DNA of 62,838 nucleotides, filler included, from Gonapodya sp. JEL0774 (lineage: Eukaryota), in the NCBI GenBank assembly GCA_027604505.1. It is 44 parts of 44 records of this genome, joined end to end, with 100 filler letters (N's around TTAATTAATTAA, not from the genome) between each part and the next. Parts side by side here need not be neighbours in the genome. Positions count along the whole stretch, not along the records: positions 11,496 to 12,830 come from JADIIX010003325.1; positions 12,931 to 14,265 come from JADIIX010003326.1; positions 14,366 to 15,700 come from JADIIX010003327.1; positions 15,801 to 17,135 come from JADIIX010003328.1; positions 17,236 to 18,570 come from JADIIX010003329.1; positions 18,671 to 20,004 come from JADIIX010003330.1; positions 20,105 to 21,438 come from JADIIX010003331.1; positions 21,539 to 22,872 come from JADIIX010003332.1; 36 more parts are not named here. One strand, 5' to 3'. Under the pieces are notes generated by a model, which searched no databases, was not told the DNA's origin, and saw only the letters and a list, made by a program, of their open reading frames with translations. This document shows, piece after piece, positions 12,497 through 24,483 of this stretch (positions are counted from its first letter, which is position 1; each line of letters opens with the position of its first letter). Both the position numbers and the translations under genes were made by a program.

Positions 12497-13235
12497 AATA
12501 AATATTCAGCAAAACACAATATATTGGACCCCGCCCAAATGCAGAAGAGAAACAATTAGTTGAATCCTAAACCGTAAGATGAACAAGACGATGACGAAAG
12601 GGATGCACACTACCGTGTAGCAGGGGGTATGTGTTAGAGATTGGGGTTCGGTATTCACAGTCAGCGCTTTCTTCGTCCCAAAACTCTTGCGCAATCTACA
12701 AGACCAATTCAATTAGCCTATTCTCTGTAAATTGTCTCCAAGTTCGGCAGTCAGTTGTTTTACCACTTCCGCATGAACGTGCACACAACGTGATTCGACA
12801 AGCACCGTGGGATCGCAAAATGCGAGCGCCNNNNNNNNNNNNNNNNNNNNNNNNNNNNNNNNNNNNNNNNNNNNTTAATTAATTAANNNNNNNNNNNNNN
12901 NNNNNNNNNNNNNNNNNNNNNNNNNNNNNNTGGAGAATCGACGCATTTATGTAAATGCAAAAGATGTCACACCAGGAGAGGGATCGCAGTTCGGATGGCA
13001 ATCGGAAAGAGGGTAGGGCATCGCTAACTCCATCGCTCGCTCTCACAACTTTGGGAGAGACTGTGGGAACTAATTCGAGGCTTGTCTTCTGATATGAAGA
13101 ATCACAACTCAATCCCAAACAACAGCACTCATTAGCCACCTTCTGTTTTCCCACGACGCTCCACCTTAAATTGCCCTCTTCTTTCGGCATAAAAAGACGT
13201 TTCTCTACCCCGATTCCCCTCGCTCGGTACAATAC

Positions 13236-14059
13236 ATGGCTCTCCGCGAAGAGAGACGGCACTTTGGTGGAGCCATCCCCAACCGACGACATAGAAACCG
13301 ACTCCGCTCCCACATCTTCGGAAGCATTTTTGGCCTTTGAAGCACACGACTTCGCCACAGACGCACGGTTTCAAAGTGGTGCACGTGCTGTGCAAGAAGG
13401 TTTCAAGGATGCGGATGAGGACACCAGGCGGACAAAGGAAGAAGAGGCGAGAGGGTGGTATTTTAACAAGTGAGTGATCAGCGGACTTCTTAGTGTCACA
13501 GACAAGGGTGGTCCATATGTATTTCCTGCCACCCACCTCTCTTCGCACAACATCAACTCCTCGCAAGATTTGTCCGCCCCTTTGACTACACCGCCTACCA
13601 AAAATGGCGAGATGCGGGACGCCCATCACTGGCTTCTCATCCCTCAATCTCTGTCTCACCCAACGGAGGCCTTGGCACTACGATCCCGCTTCCCACTGCA
13701 CAACCACCCAGGTCCACCCCGCTAACTTCATCAGAACTGTGGGGGCCTGTGCCGACAAATCAAGATGACGACTCGAGTGCCGGAGTTTCAGGCGAGGCTG
13801 GTGAAGTCGGCAGTGACCAGCCACGATATCCCAAATCATTTCAGGATCTGGTGCAGATGCTCGCCGATGGAAAACCTATTCCTGGTATGTTTTTCTGATG
13901 GCACGGTAAGAACGAATAATGTGGCCTAATGGTTCGCGGTTCATTTTGGTCTCTTTGTGCACAACCTCTGAAGGCATCAAGGTGATCCCCGACACCGTTG
14001 CCGAATCTGCACCTTCCGAGCCTAAACTCCAGGCAAGAAAGAAGCCGTGGGAGCGATGA
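13236..14059 (+). CDS. PEX39: PEX39 / C6orf226 / DUF5572-family peroxin; start codon uncertain
   Basis: N-terminal FEAHDFATDARFQSG...ARGWYFNK and C-terminal YPKSFQDLVQMLADGKPIP|GIKVIPD..RKKPWER* carrying the KPWE motif. Confidence 0.75.
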
Positions 14060-14365
14060 AGTCGACAAGATGTGACGATGCAACGGAAGCTGGGAAGGGG
14101 GGTAGAGTCCAGCGAAGGCTCATTGAGAGGATAGCCGGGACGACATGCGCATGGCGCCTGGTATAAATATCAATTGATTACTGTACACACCACCTCTATA
14201 ATCTGGTTGCATGTCATATCCACGTTTGTTTCCACAGTAGTTGCACAAATCCGCGGTCGTCGTTCNNNNNNNNNNNNNNNNNNNNNNNNNNNNNNNNNNN
14301 NNNNNNNNNTTAATTAATTAANNNNNNNNNNNNNNNNNNNNNNNNNNNNNNNNNNNNNNNNNNNN

Positions 14366-15350
14366 GAGTGAGGTCGAAGAGAGAAGAAACACGGTGGGTA
14401 AGACGCGTGAGGCAAATTGAGATAGTTTTGATTTGAGAGAACGAAGGGGACAGCTCAAAAAGAGCTCATCTACGAACCGTTCAATGTCAAATTGCTCGTC
14501 TTCTTCCATTCTTCGGCTTTCTGCTTTTGTTCCTTCCATCGAGGATCGAGGAGTTCGATACGGATGTGCTTGTCTGTTAAGATACGCCGCAATGAATGCA
14601 GTGCATGAGGAGGAAGTGCTGCTCCGGGTCAATCAACTCGGACTCACCCATTTCAACCCATGGGACTCGTTCACCGCACCTAGGGCAGACCTGAGCCAGA
14701 GCAGCAGTAGGGTCCTTCGACTTCTTTCCCGACAGCGAAGAAGAGGACGAACCATTCACGACAGCACCCGTGCTTGATCCTGGAGCACTCAACGAAGACG
14801 AGCCGGAAGCGGAGGAGGAAGAGAGGGCAGCGGCAGTAGCAAGAGCCAACTTCTTGGACTTCGGCACATAGTCTGTTCTCACTTTTATTGTGGACGTCTG
14901 AGCAAAGGCCGAACGAGGCACGATGACCTTTTCTGCTGGTGCAGAGGTGCGAGGTCCTTCAGGAGACGGCGAGCGCGCAGCACGAGGTCGCTTTAAAGCG
15001 GCCCGGTTAGCAGAAGAGACTGAAGCTGAATTAGACAGGTGGTTGTGGAGTTGTCGCCTGATATCCCTCTTTCTTGCATCGAGGGATGAGGGTGTGTCTG
15101 TACCCCCGGACGGCGACGGAGAAGCGGCAAAGGTAGAGGGAGACGACGGGAACGCCAGAGGGCGCTGCGGCGGCAAGTCCGAGTTAAGTAGTGGGGGCGC
15201 GGAAATGGTCGCAGAGCTTGATGATGCTGGTTGTTGGTGTACAACAGGCTCGCTCTGAGCGGACGGGGCCGAGGACTTTGACAGGAACACCCTTGGATTC
15301 GATAGTGGGACGTTGTTGGCACCAGTTATTTGAGCACCGAAGCGGGACAT
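14366..15350 (-). CDS. Protein containing the SF3A1/Prp21 central motif, 3'-partial
   Basis: IKVRTDYVPK...QVCPRCGERVPWVEM|DKHIRIELLDPRWKEQK after removing a GTGAG..AG intron. Confidence 0.7.
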
Positions 15351-15979
15351 TATTGTTTCAGAGTGCCTCTAGATGCCTGAAGGCGAACTGCGGTGGAAGA
15401 AGGCCTTGGTCGTACAAGAAGCTCGACACAAATTGTGCACAGTCCCATAACTGCCCCAACAACGACAGTTCACGGCAACACTATGGAACGTGTTTTCCAA
15501 GTACAGCGGAAGGTTTGACCGTCTGGTACAATGGGCTGCTCCGTTGGGGTGATCATGATCGAGAAGTTCGTCATATTCCTCCGATAACAATTTTCAGTGG
15601 GTAGTTTCGGAGCATCCTCTGCTAGTGTGTGATCCAGACCACCGTTTTCGAGAAGTACAATGTCACATGAATTGGAATAACAAGATTGACTTTCTCGACT
15701 NNNNNNNNNNNNNNNNNNNNNNNNNNNNNNNNNNNNNNNNNNNNTTAATTAATTAANNNNNNNNNNNNNNNNNNNNNNNNNNNNNNNNNNNNNNNNNNNN
15801 GTGAGGTGGGTTGAGAGGGGTGGCTGGGGGGTCGTTGATGGTGGTCCCACGTCGCGGGTCGTCGCACCGGCCCAATTCGGTCGTTTCTTGCGACCTGTGT
15901 CTTCCGCTCTCCCTTCCCCTTGCTCACTGCACTGCTGAGGTCACACACAATTTGCTAATCCACCGACCCACCCTCGCAG

Positions 15980-16048
15980 ACCAAATTCGACCGCTCCCCC
16001 TACCAAGTCCACACCGACTTCTTGGCGCGGAAGCCCATCACCTACTAG
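15980..16048 (+). CDS. RPS2: 40S ribosomal protein S2 (uS5), probable last exon
   Basis: The contig starts with donor GTGAGG, then a CTAAT branch and CAG acceptor, then TKFDRSPYQVHTDFLARKPITY*, resembling the uS5 C-terminus. The match is short. Confidence 0.55.
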   Translation, partial: TKFDRSPYQVHTDFLARKPITY

Positions 16049-17235
16049 TCTACCCACCCATCTGCCCAACCTGGGGACTTTCGGACCACGGGGCTCGGAA
16101 TCGTAGGTCGTGGAGTGAGCTGACTTGCACGTGTACCGAGCTGATGCGCAAATATATGACTTGAAAAAACCACCCTTGAGAGATCGTGAATCAAGTGGCG
16201 CTCGATCTGGTTCTATTGGTGTGGATGATGAGGCGCGAGGCCCGGTGCGTTTTCCTGGACCGACAAAGTATGTGCTCTTGTACTGCACACGTGACTGGCA
16301 ATGTTGGACAGTATCTACCACGTGCTGCTCGGTTACGCTAAATATAAGTTCTAAATTGTTGCGCGCGCCCGAGACATACGGTTCATCGATGCGTTTGCGA
16401 ATATTCATTCATGGAAACCTCGATTGGCCTGGGAGGTGACCACATTTTCGTGGAACCCAGCCGACCCGACCCGGCACCAAAGTTCCACACTCTAACCCAA
16501 CAGTATCACACCCGCATACAAGATAAGATCAAATGAATGCGGTTTACTTCGTCTACCTGGTCGTCGGAACAGCCGCATTGGGGCTAGGTTCTGCTCCCCT
16601 CGCTGGGACGATCTGTTTCTCGAGTTTGGGTCCTGTTGCTGGTGAGTAGGAAGGTTGACGGGGCATTGGAGCTCACAAGTACCACGTCTTTTTGCCTTTG
16701 GGCTTCTGATCTCCTCTTGTTCAGGCTCTGTTGCCGCCACGTCCATTCCACGACGTTACATTTGGAAGGCTCCAACGCGCCCGGGGGCTTGTTCTCACTT
16801 GGAGTTGAGCCCTATTGCCGAATAAGGCATTGTTCTCCATATAAATTTATTTAGATTACTGTGCGATGCACATCGGCCGTCGCGCGGTTTTCAAGAAAAC
16901 GGCGTGATCAAACCGCAGTCATTTGGATCTGAAGGAGCCACCACAAAGACTCCCAAACCTCCAACAAGCCTTAAAGCCTGATGATCGCAGAAACCGCGCT
17001 TTGTTTGAAACACTTTGCAACGTTATGTAGAGATTGAAAAGGGCCAATGGTGCTGTACATTGTATAGTGCCAACTTCCTTGTAGACCCTGATTCCGCGAA
17101 CTTCCAGCTGTTTCCGTTGCTGCGCCAGCACATAANNNNNNNNNNNNNNNNNNNNNNNNNNNNNNNNNNNNNNNNNNNNTTAATTAATTAANNNNNNNNN
17201 NNNNNNNNNNNNNNNNNNNNNNNNNNNNNNNNNNN

Positions 17236-18570
17236 AACTTTTCTTGCGAGATAGGAAGGAAGTGTGTCTGTTGTTTTGGGCATCATCTCGATGTTTCTGC
17301 TCCCAGTAAGAACGGCGATGTAAGCCGGGCAAGCTTGAACTCGCTCACTATTGCCTTACAGGATTACCCTCAGACTTGTCGTTTTCTGACGATCCGCGAA
17401 AAGGAAATTGTTATTGGGCGCCTTCCTCCCGCGGCTCCGTCTCTAGCCACTAAGCAACTGAAAATGAGCGAGATCCTCGATGAGTTTCGGGACTGGCGCA
17501 TGTATGCTCTGTCTGTAGCACTCATGCTACACCTCACCGTAGTGTTCTCTATCGCCAATTTTTTGCCAACCGTGAGTCACCGAAGCTCCCGCGTATTGTT
17601 ATGAACAATCAACTCCACGACCAAATGTAGGTCATTCAACTCATGGGATTCCAATCTACTACGGCTCAGCTACTGAGTATTCCACCATTCGTCGTGGGAG
17701 CCGTGTGGATCTTAGTAGTGTACGTGCTAGCATCTTTGGTGACTTTCCTCAGAAAATGCTTGTGGGCTCATTGCCACATTATAACTTTATCGCCCGTTGC
17801 CCGTTGTGTTACAGGAACTGGTCATCTGATCACATGCAAGAAAAATTGTTTCACGGGCTCGCGTGTATCTTCCCGCCCATGATTGGCTACTTCCTTCTGT
17901 CGTTCCTTCATATCGATACCCAGACTCCATGGACGAGGTATGGATTGATCAACTTGGTTTCACTTATGAACGCACGTATGTTTTTGAAGGCCTAATTCTC
18001 TATTGAGCGTAAGCCTCCACTCACATGTTCTGTTTCCGCTCTCGAAACGCATCACGGACTGACCCATTTTGATGTGCTCTTGCTGATGCTCGAATTGAAG
18101 TCGTTCCCCTCATTGTGGGACTGAGTACTATCTCGACAAAAGGAACTTCCCGTACGGCAATCCGTTCCGCTTTCACAATTGCTTGCGGGAACGTTGGTGG
18201 GTTTTTGTGTTGGGTAACAGTAGAGCGTAGTTTTCTGTGGCTTCACCAACAATATGTTGCTTTTCCCACCACAGGAGGCGCTATTGGTGGTCAGATCTAT
18301 CGGAATTATGATGCACCTTACTTCAAGCAGGGTCATCTCATCAATGGTTGCTTCCTCATTGGAGTCTTGATTCTTTTCGTAGCTGCGGTGCTGTCGCTAA
18401 ACAGGGAGGGCGAATATGTTGGACCAAAAGCAAATCTGACCGGTGAGAGATGTTTCGAGGAAACGATCTTCCTTTAACGTGTCTCTCACCACCTCGCTCT
18501 CACTGGTTGACCTTCTCGTCAGTGTTTGAGCGCGGTGGTATCGATGTGGAGGGCAACAGATTTATCAGCT
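17236..18570 (+). CDS. MFS transporter, anion:cation symporter (Tna1/Dal5-like) family, C-terminal half
   Basis: LP|DYPQTCRFLTIREKE, FLPT|..MGFQSTTAQLLSIPPF, WSSD, GN..GGAIGGQIYR..DAPYFKQG. Confidence 0.88.
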
Positions 18571-18670
18571 NNNNNNNNNNNNNNNNNNNNNNNNNNNNNN
18601 NNNNNNNNNNNNNNTTAATTAATTAANNNNNNNNNNNNNNNNNNNNNNNNNNNNNNNNNNNNNNNNNNNN

Positions 18671-20004
18671 GGTGGTACAGACTCTCGAAGAACGGCTGAC
18701 GCATCCTTCTCCTCTTCGAGTAGATATTTGTGCACGCGATCGACCGAAACGCTCGCCTCCGTAATACTCGCAATAACCGAAGGAAACATGCTCAGAGGAA
18801 AGCGGAGTAAATTAAACAACGAGAGGGAAACAAATATTTTGGTGGAGGTCAATGGCGCGGACCCCGGAGTGATAGAGTACAGTGCAAACGTAGCGAAAGA
18901 CACGAAGAATGGCGCACAAGACCACGTAAAGCTTGGGTAGAAATGAGATATGAGAGGTTTACTACGGACTATTTGATATGAAGATCGAGATACCTCTGGA
19001 GCCCGGATAGGTAGGCGTAGCTTTTGAGGGTGTCTAATTCTTTTGTTCGCATCTCCGTAATGCTTTGGAGAAAAGGACGTTCCCAAGCATACAATTTTAT
19101 GACCTTGATTCCAGTAAGAAACTCGTCAATCAATTTAAAGCTGACAGAAGTAAAACATCCAAGAGCAAATCACAATGATGTTCGCGATGTAAAGGCTTTG
19201 ATGGCTCGCTTACCGGCCATCTTTGTTCTTCATCTGTTGCTTCTGAATCGCTCGGGACAGTTTCGTGAGATAGGTCTGCATGGATATCAGTTATCAGAAA
19301 AAAACGCGAGACAAATCAAAGGACAGGCGCACATTGATGGGAATCATTAGTATCATAATAGCAAGGCCTGCGAACACAGACGGGCCGAGAGTACCATACA
19401 AGAGCGAGAGCGCCAAGAATATTTGAAAAGGGCCCGACCACAAAATATGGAGATAGGTGCTATACGGGAGAGAGCAGTTGAAACACTCCAGTCCATTTCC
19501 TTAGAGAATCGAATCACCCACGTCAGGTCTCCAATCTTCGCCGCATCTATGCTCATGAGATTTCCAACACTCTGAGAGCCAGACTGCATTGCGGCATTTG
19601 AAATATTGAGTGACTTGCGATAAACCGCAGTCGAAGTGGCAACTTTCAGGCGGATACCAGTCTGAATGACGAGATGGAAGTATCGATGCAGTACAAAAGA
19701 CTGCGTAATGGAGGTCAAAAACATCGCACCTTTTGCGAGAGATTGGTGTCAGTTACTTTCTTTCATTATCCACAGGGGAATCATCTTTCTCCGGCGGTTG
19801 CTCACCGACAATAACAAAACCGCGGAATGGTGGCATGGGCGTGGCACCGGGGACATCAGGCATGTATGACCGAGCGAAATCCATTAACTGACGAAGTAAA
19901 AGCGGCTGCATAAATTGCAAGGAGTCCTGAGTGAACTTATAGAAAGCTGCACCCCAGAAGGGCGCCCCGAAAGCAGTGTTGCATGCGCGAACAAACGAGG
20001 GAAA
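18671..20004 (-). CDS. ABCC (Ycf1/MRP-like) transporter, TMD1 fragment
   Basis: LHRYFHLVIQTGIRLK..AVYRKSL..NLMSIDA, GIKVIKLYAWE, SCAPFFVSFATFALY, FVSLSLFNLLRFPLSMFPSVI. Confidence 0.92.
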
Positions 20005-20104
20005 NNNNNNNNNNNNNNNNNNNNNNNNNNNNNNNNNNNNNNNNNNNNTTAATTAATTAANNNNNNNNNNNNNNNNNNNNNNNNNNNNNNNNNNNNNNNN
20101 NNNN

Positions 20105-21438
20105 TACACAGAAGTTTATTAGTCCCTACGTTTCCTTGCAAGTAGGTTGCGTTGCGACTGTTTGCACCTTGCAATTACTCACGAAATGTGATAATAACTT
20201 TCAGTATCTGCAAGATCCCGACGACAAATCCATTTCTGGGCGAATGTGCAATATGCCATACTCCTACCCGCAAACATTTCCGCAGTAAGTCACGACGTTT
20301 TGCCGTGAGGGGTTCATCTGATTTTCTTTGGAATCGAACATTTGCGAACATATATTCCGGCGATGTACGTGATTTCAAAGACTTGGATTCAATGAAAGTG
20401 AGTGAGAACTCTATGTCCTCCGCTCGAGTGAGCTTTCCACAGCTTACCGTTTTCTTGTAGTGGGTGAAGTGGAAGCGCAGCTTGTCATCCCTAGAATGCT
20501 TGCCCGAATTGTCCAAGGAAACATGACTGTGGATGAATCCACAGCTGTCGCTTGTACCGAGGTTGATGAGATTGTTTATCCGCCGCCGCAAGTCATTGCA
20601 GTCAACAGTATCTCTGGGATAGTCGTTGTCATTCTCACCGCTCTGACTCAACTGTTCTGTGGCTCTGTGGCATATGCTGTTTGGATATATCGCTCGGAAG
20701 CTTCCATCAAAGGACTGCATCCTCCAACCGTGAACGTGATTCTCCTCGGATGCGCAATTGTTCTCTGTGCAATATATACAAACGTGGGAGCGCGTTCTCC
20801 ACTTTCGTGCGGAAGTGCTACAATTTTATTCAACATTGGATTCGGAATGATCGTGGGACCAATCATAATGCGTCTGTATGCAGTTTACAAGATATTTGCA
20901 AGTGAATCTTCTGGTGTTGCCCTTCCGCGGCATCGTCTCTTTCTGATTGGCAGCCTGCCTTTGGTGGGCGAGCTGGTGGGTTAGATATTCTTCGACTCGG
21001 TAATGTTTGCTTGTCTGTCCGTGTATCATATTTTCCCCCTTCGCGGAACAGATGCTCTCTTTTCTTTGGACTCTCCTCAGCCCTCCGGCTGTCGTCAAAG
21101 AAACAAAGCCCGATGGAACCCGACAACAAATATGCGGACGATTGAACCCCGGAACTAACACAGTTGTGCTCGGTGTTTGGGTCACGTACACTGTGTCACT
21201 CATCTCAACGTCCATGTTGCTAGCTTGGAAGACGCGCGGGGTTTATGATTCTTCACTGGCCCAGGGCCGAGACTTGTTTCTCGCATTTGGAAACCTTCTT
21301 TTCATACTCACAATCGCTACTCTTGTTTTGTTGCTTGGTGATCTATCATACGAAGGATCTTTCGTTTTTGTTTCGATATCCTCAATCATCACCATCCTGT
21401 AAGTTTTTACTTCCTCGAAATCCTTTGCAATTGAGGAT
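20105..21438 (+). CDS. Class C (7tm_3, GABA-B-like) GPCR with end of an extracellular solute-binding-like domain (fragment)
   Basis: YRSEASIKGLHP..ILLGCAI, SC..ILFNIGFGMIVGPIIMRLYAVYKIF and LAWKTRGV are 7tm_3 patterns. The upstream segment MLARIVQGNMTVDESTAVAC resembles an SBP C-terminus. Confidence 0.75.
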
Positions 21439-21538
21439 NNNNNNNNNNNNNNNNNNNNNNNNNNNNNNNNNNNNNNNNNNNNTTAATTAATTAANNNNNN
21501 NNNNNNNNNNNNNNNNNNNNNNNNNNNNNNNNNNNNNN

Positions 21539-22872
21539 TGCCTCTGCCGAAATTCGGTATCACAACACCCGTAAGGGTCTGTGATGGGTGTTATGGACGG
21601 CTTACCGGGGACGAACTGCTGGGAGGTGGAGGAGCGAAAGTCGGGCCACCTCCCTTCAACCCACTAGCCAACTCTTATTACCCTGGCACCAGTGGTCCCT
21701 CCCCTCTCGCTGCCGTGGACCCCCTTGATGCGGATATTCAACGTGCAATCCAGCTGTCCCTCGCTGAATCGTCGGACGCCTCACCGGCCCCAGAGAGGAA
21801 AATAGCGGTTTCCTCGGCACCGTCTAAACCCAAGGACGACGACCTCGCCCGCAAGGAGAACGAGGACTTGGAGCGCGCTATCGCCGAGTCCCTCAAGGAG
21901 GTCACAGTGTCGTCTACTCCGAGGTCCACGTCGGGTGGTGGCAAGGCTGGGGAAGCGCAGCTCACTGTCACGGTGCGGCCTAATCCCAACGCTTTAACCG
22001 AGGTAGAGATCGACAACGTGAGATTGTTTGGAGAGTTGGTGGAAAAGCTCGAGGAAGAAGGAGCAGGTGGGAGGTCCTGGCAGGATGGTCCGGTCGGAGG
22101 GGAGGCTGTCGAAGTGAGTTGACGAGTAAATGGCTGCTCTTCATTTCCGCCGATATACGATGGACGATTTCGTGATATGTTACCACATATTTGGGATTTC
22201 GTTAGGCCTTGCATCATCAAATCGCCCTGTTGCAACCGAAACTCGTGTCCAACCTGACTGACGCCGTGCAAAAGTATCGCTTGTTCGTCTCGTTCAACAC
22301 AAAGCTCGAGCAGGCACTCCGAACGTACGACCATATGCTTAATAAGCGACTCGAGTCGGCGCGAAACGCTGGTGTGACTGTCGGTGGAGGCTACGGTGGT
22401 TATGGTTCAGGAGTGGCTGGCACCGGGACGCCTGGGTACCCGTCACTTGGTGCCGGTTACGGTACTGCTAGTTCAGGTCCTGGAGGAGCATCAGGAGGGT
22501 ACGGTGCAATCTACGCGCCTTACGGTGGGCCGACTGCTGCACCAGGGCAGGCATCGTACCAACCTACGGCTGTGCAAAGTACATCGAACCCCTATCCACC
22601 ATCAAGCGGATATCCCGATTTGACATATCCACCTGCAGTAGGAGCGACGGCTCCGGGAGCACCCAACGTGTCTTCGGCACCACCTGCGGAGTACAACTAT
22701 CAGACGTATCCGTACCCACCATCTGCGAGCCCTTCACCACCGGTCCAAGCCAACGTGTATCCTCCGGCGGCGGGCTCTGGTGTTCCACCTTCGAGCTTGT
22801 ACCCGCAGCAGCCGAGTGCCTACCCACCTTCCTCCCAGCAGTACCCCATCCCAGGAACGCAACCTGGCGGCC
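21539..22872 (+). CDS. VPS27: Vps27/Hrs (ESCRT-0) fragment
   Basis: End of FYVE (LPKFGITTPVRVCDGCY), two UIMs (DIQRAIQLSLAES, DLERAIAESLKE), GAT-like helix (LQPKL..KLEQALRTYDHML), P/Y/Q-rich tail. Confidence 0.88.
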
Positions 22873-23164
22873 NNNNNNNNNNNNNNNNNNNNNNNNNNNN
22901 NNNNNNNNNNNNNNNNTTAATTAATTAANNNNNNNNNNNNNNNNNNNNNNNNNNNNNNNNNNNNNNNNNNNNTGACTTACCGAACTCTTTCTTTCCCTCC
23001 CCTCTTCCTCGATATCTTCTGCGAGGCATCAAGCTCAATACGAGTCAAATTGAAAAGGAAAGGATTTCAGGCAACGGAGGTGATGGAAAAGTTTATGTGC
23101 GTGGGTCGGGCGATCAAACACCTCTGACGCTTCTCGAGCCCACTCTCTTGCCTGATTTTTACAG

Positions 23165-23227
23165 CCAGAGGGATCGCAGAGAACAGACAAGCCAAAGAAA
23201 CGAATGAAGTGGTGTAGAATATTGTGA
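23165..23227 (+). CDS. Last exon of a prenylated protein (polybasic + CaaX; Ras/Rho-like tail)
   Basis: After CTGAC..TTTTACAG the frame reads PEGSQRTDKPKKRMKWCRIL*. Confidence 0.45.
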   Translation, partial: PEGSQRTDKPKKRMKWCRIL

Positions 23228-23350
23228 CATTATCTGTCTATGATTGTTTTAACAAATCAAACTCAATGAAGACCGAGCATGGTCGGGATATTCAATCCTA
23301 TCTACATTGGCATTACACCCCCCTCTGAGTTCGTTCTTTGCGACTCGCTA

Positions 23351-23904
23351 TCAGCATGGTGTCATTACGTTCAGATCAATCTTTCCAGCGAGGAGGGGCG
23401 CCATCAGCGGCTGCGCATCTTTGTTGTATTTGGCTTGCATGTGCACGTCAACTGCGGAAGAAGCAAAACGACCAACTTTGGTAAGGTGGTGGTGACAATG
23501 TCGTCGACGGTGACATACCCCAGGCAGACTTATCTGCGTACTGTTGTAGAGCACGGAGGGAGAGCCAAGACGAATCATGAGTTCATTCTCAAAGCCAGAC
23601 GAGTACAAGGAGAGAACCAACAGTCTCAATCATCCATAGGACACTTGGATCACTGCTATCCTGATTGAGGTGGTACTCGTAGCAACCTGGTGAACGAACA
23701 TTGCAGTCATCGTTGACAATTTAGTGCACGTGAGTTGCTCGTGGATTTGTTCGAAGCAGGAAACAACATAGTTTCACCATCTTCCTTAAGCGATTCTTCC
23801 GCTAGTTTCTGCAAGATGGTTTTGAGTTGCTCGATGGTTTCAATCTTCCCGGGAATACGGGCAACGAGACGGAGTTTTCCGGAAAGGTGTTGAGGTTTCG
23901 TCAT
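23351..23904 (-). CDS. ABM-domain (antibiotic biosynthesis monooxygenase/YgiN-like) small protein, complete, 4 exons
   Basis: MTKPQ..LRLVARIPGK..LAEESLKED|GCYEYHLNQDSSDPSVLWMIET|YADKSAW|VDVHMQAKY..LLAGK..*. Confidence 0.82.
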
Positions 23905-24406
23905 GACGGTAGTTGAAATAAGTGGATGATTGCTCGATGGCCCCGAAGACAAACCACACGATATATATAGGACTTGATTAGTCGCATGCGCTGGATTATC
24001 GGCCAAAATTGTGCGATTCTGTGATGGGGATTGAGGGTGCACCCTTTCCAGGCAACGAAGGGCTCAAGTCGTCTGTCTCCACGTCATCAGGTGGGAATCA
24101 TTGTGTTCTTCCTGACCCTCTAATGCTCAGTAGAATGTATAAGTGTGCAGATCGACAGCGAATTCACTCTACAAAGTTACGACGCTTTAATTCTTGCATG
24201 ACAAGAAAGAGGACGTTGGTCTCCAGGCGTTGTCGGCGAATCACTTCGCGATGTAGCCACCTGAAACAGTTACACAAAAGTCCGAGAAATCCTATTTTGG
24301 TGTACCNNNNNNNNNNNNNNNNNNNNNNNNNNNNNNNNNNNNNNNNNNNNTTAATTAATTAANNNNNNNNNNNNNNNNNNNNNNNNNNNNNNNNNNNNNN
24401 NNNNNN

Positions 24407-24483
24407 TTCATGAGCCGCTGAGTGGTCAAGTTGGGTATGCCCTAGCCGTTGGGGCTCTTGTTGCCCGGATATTGAGCGCGAAG
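24407..24483 (+). repeat. 77-bp contig start identical to the contig end at 58498-58574
   Basis: Exact match TTCATGAGCCGCTG...TTGAGCGCGAAG; both copies sit at contig termini. Confidence 0.95.
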
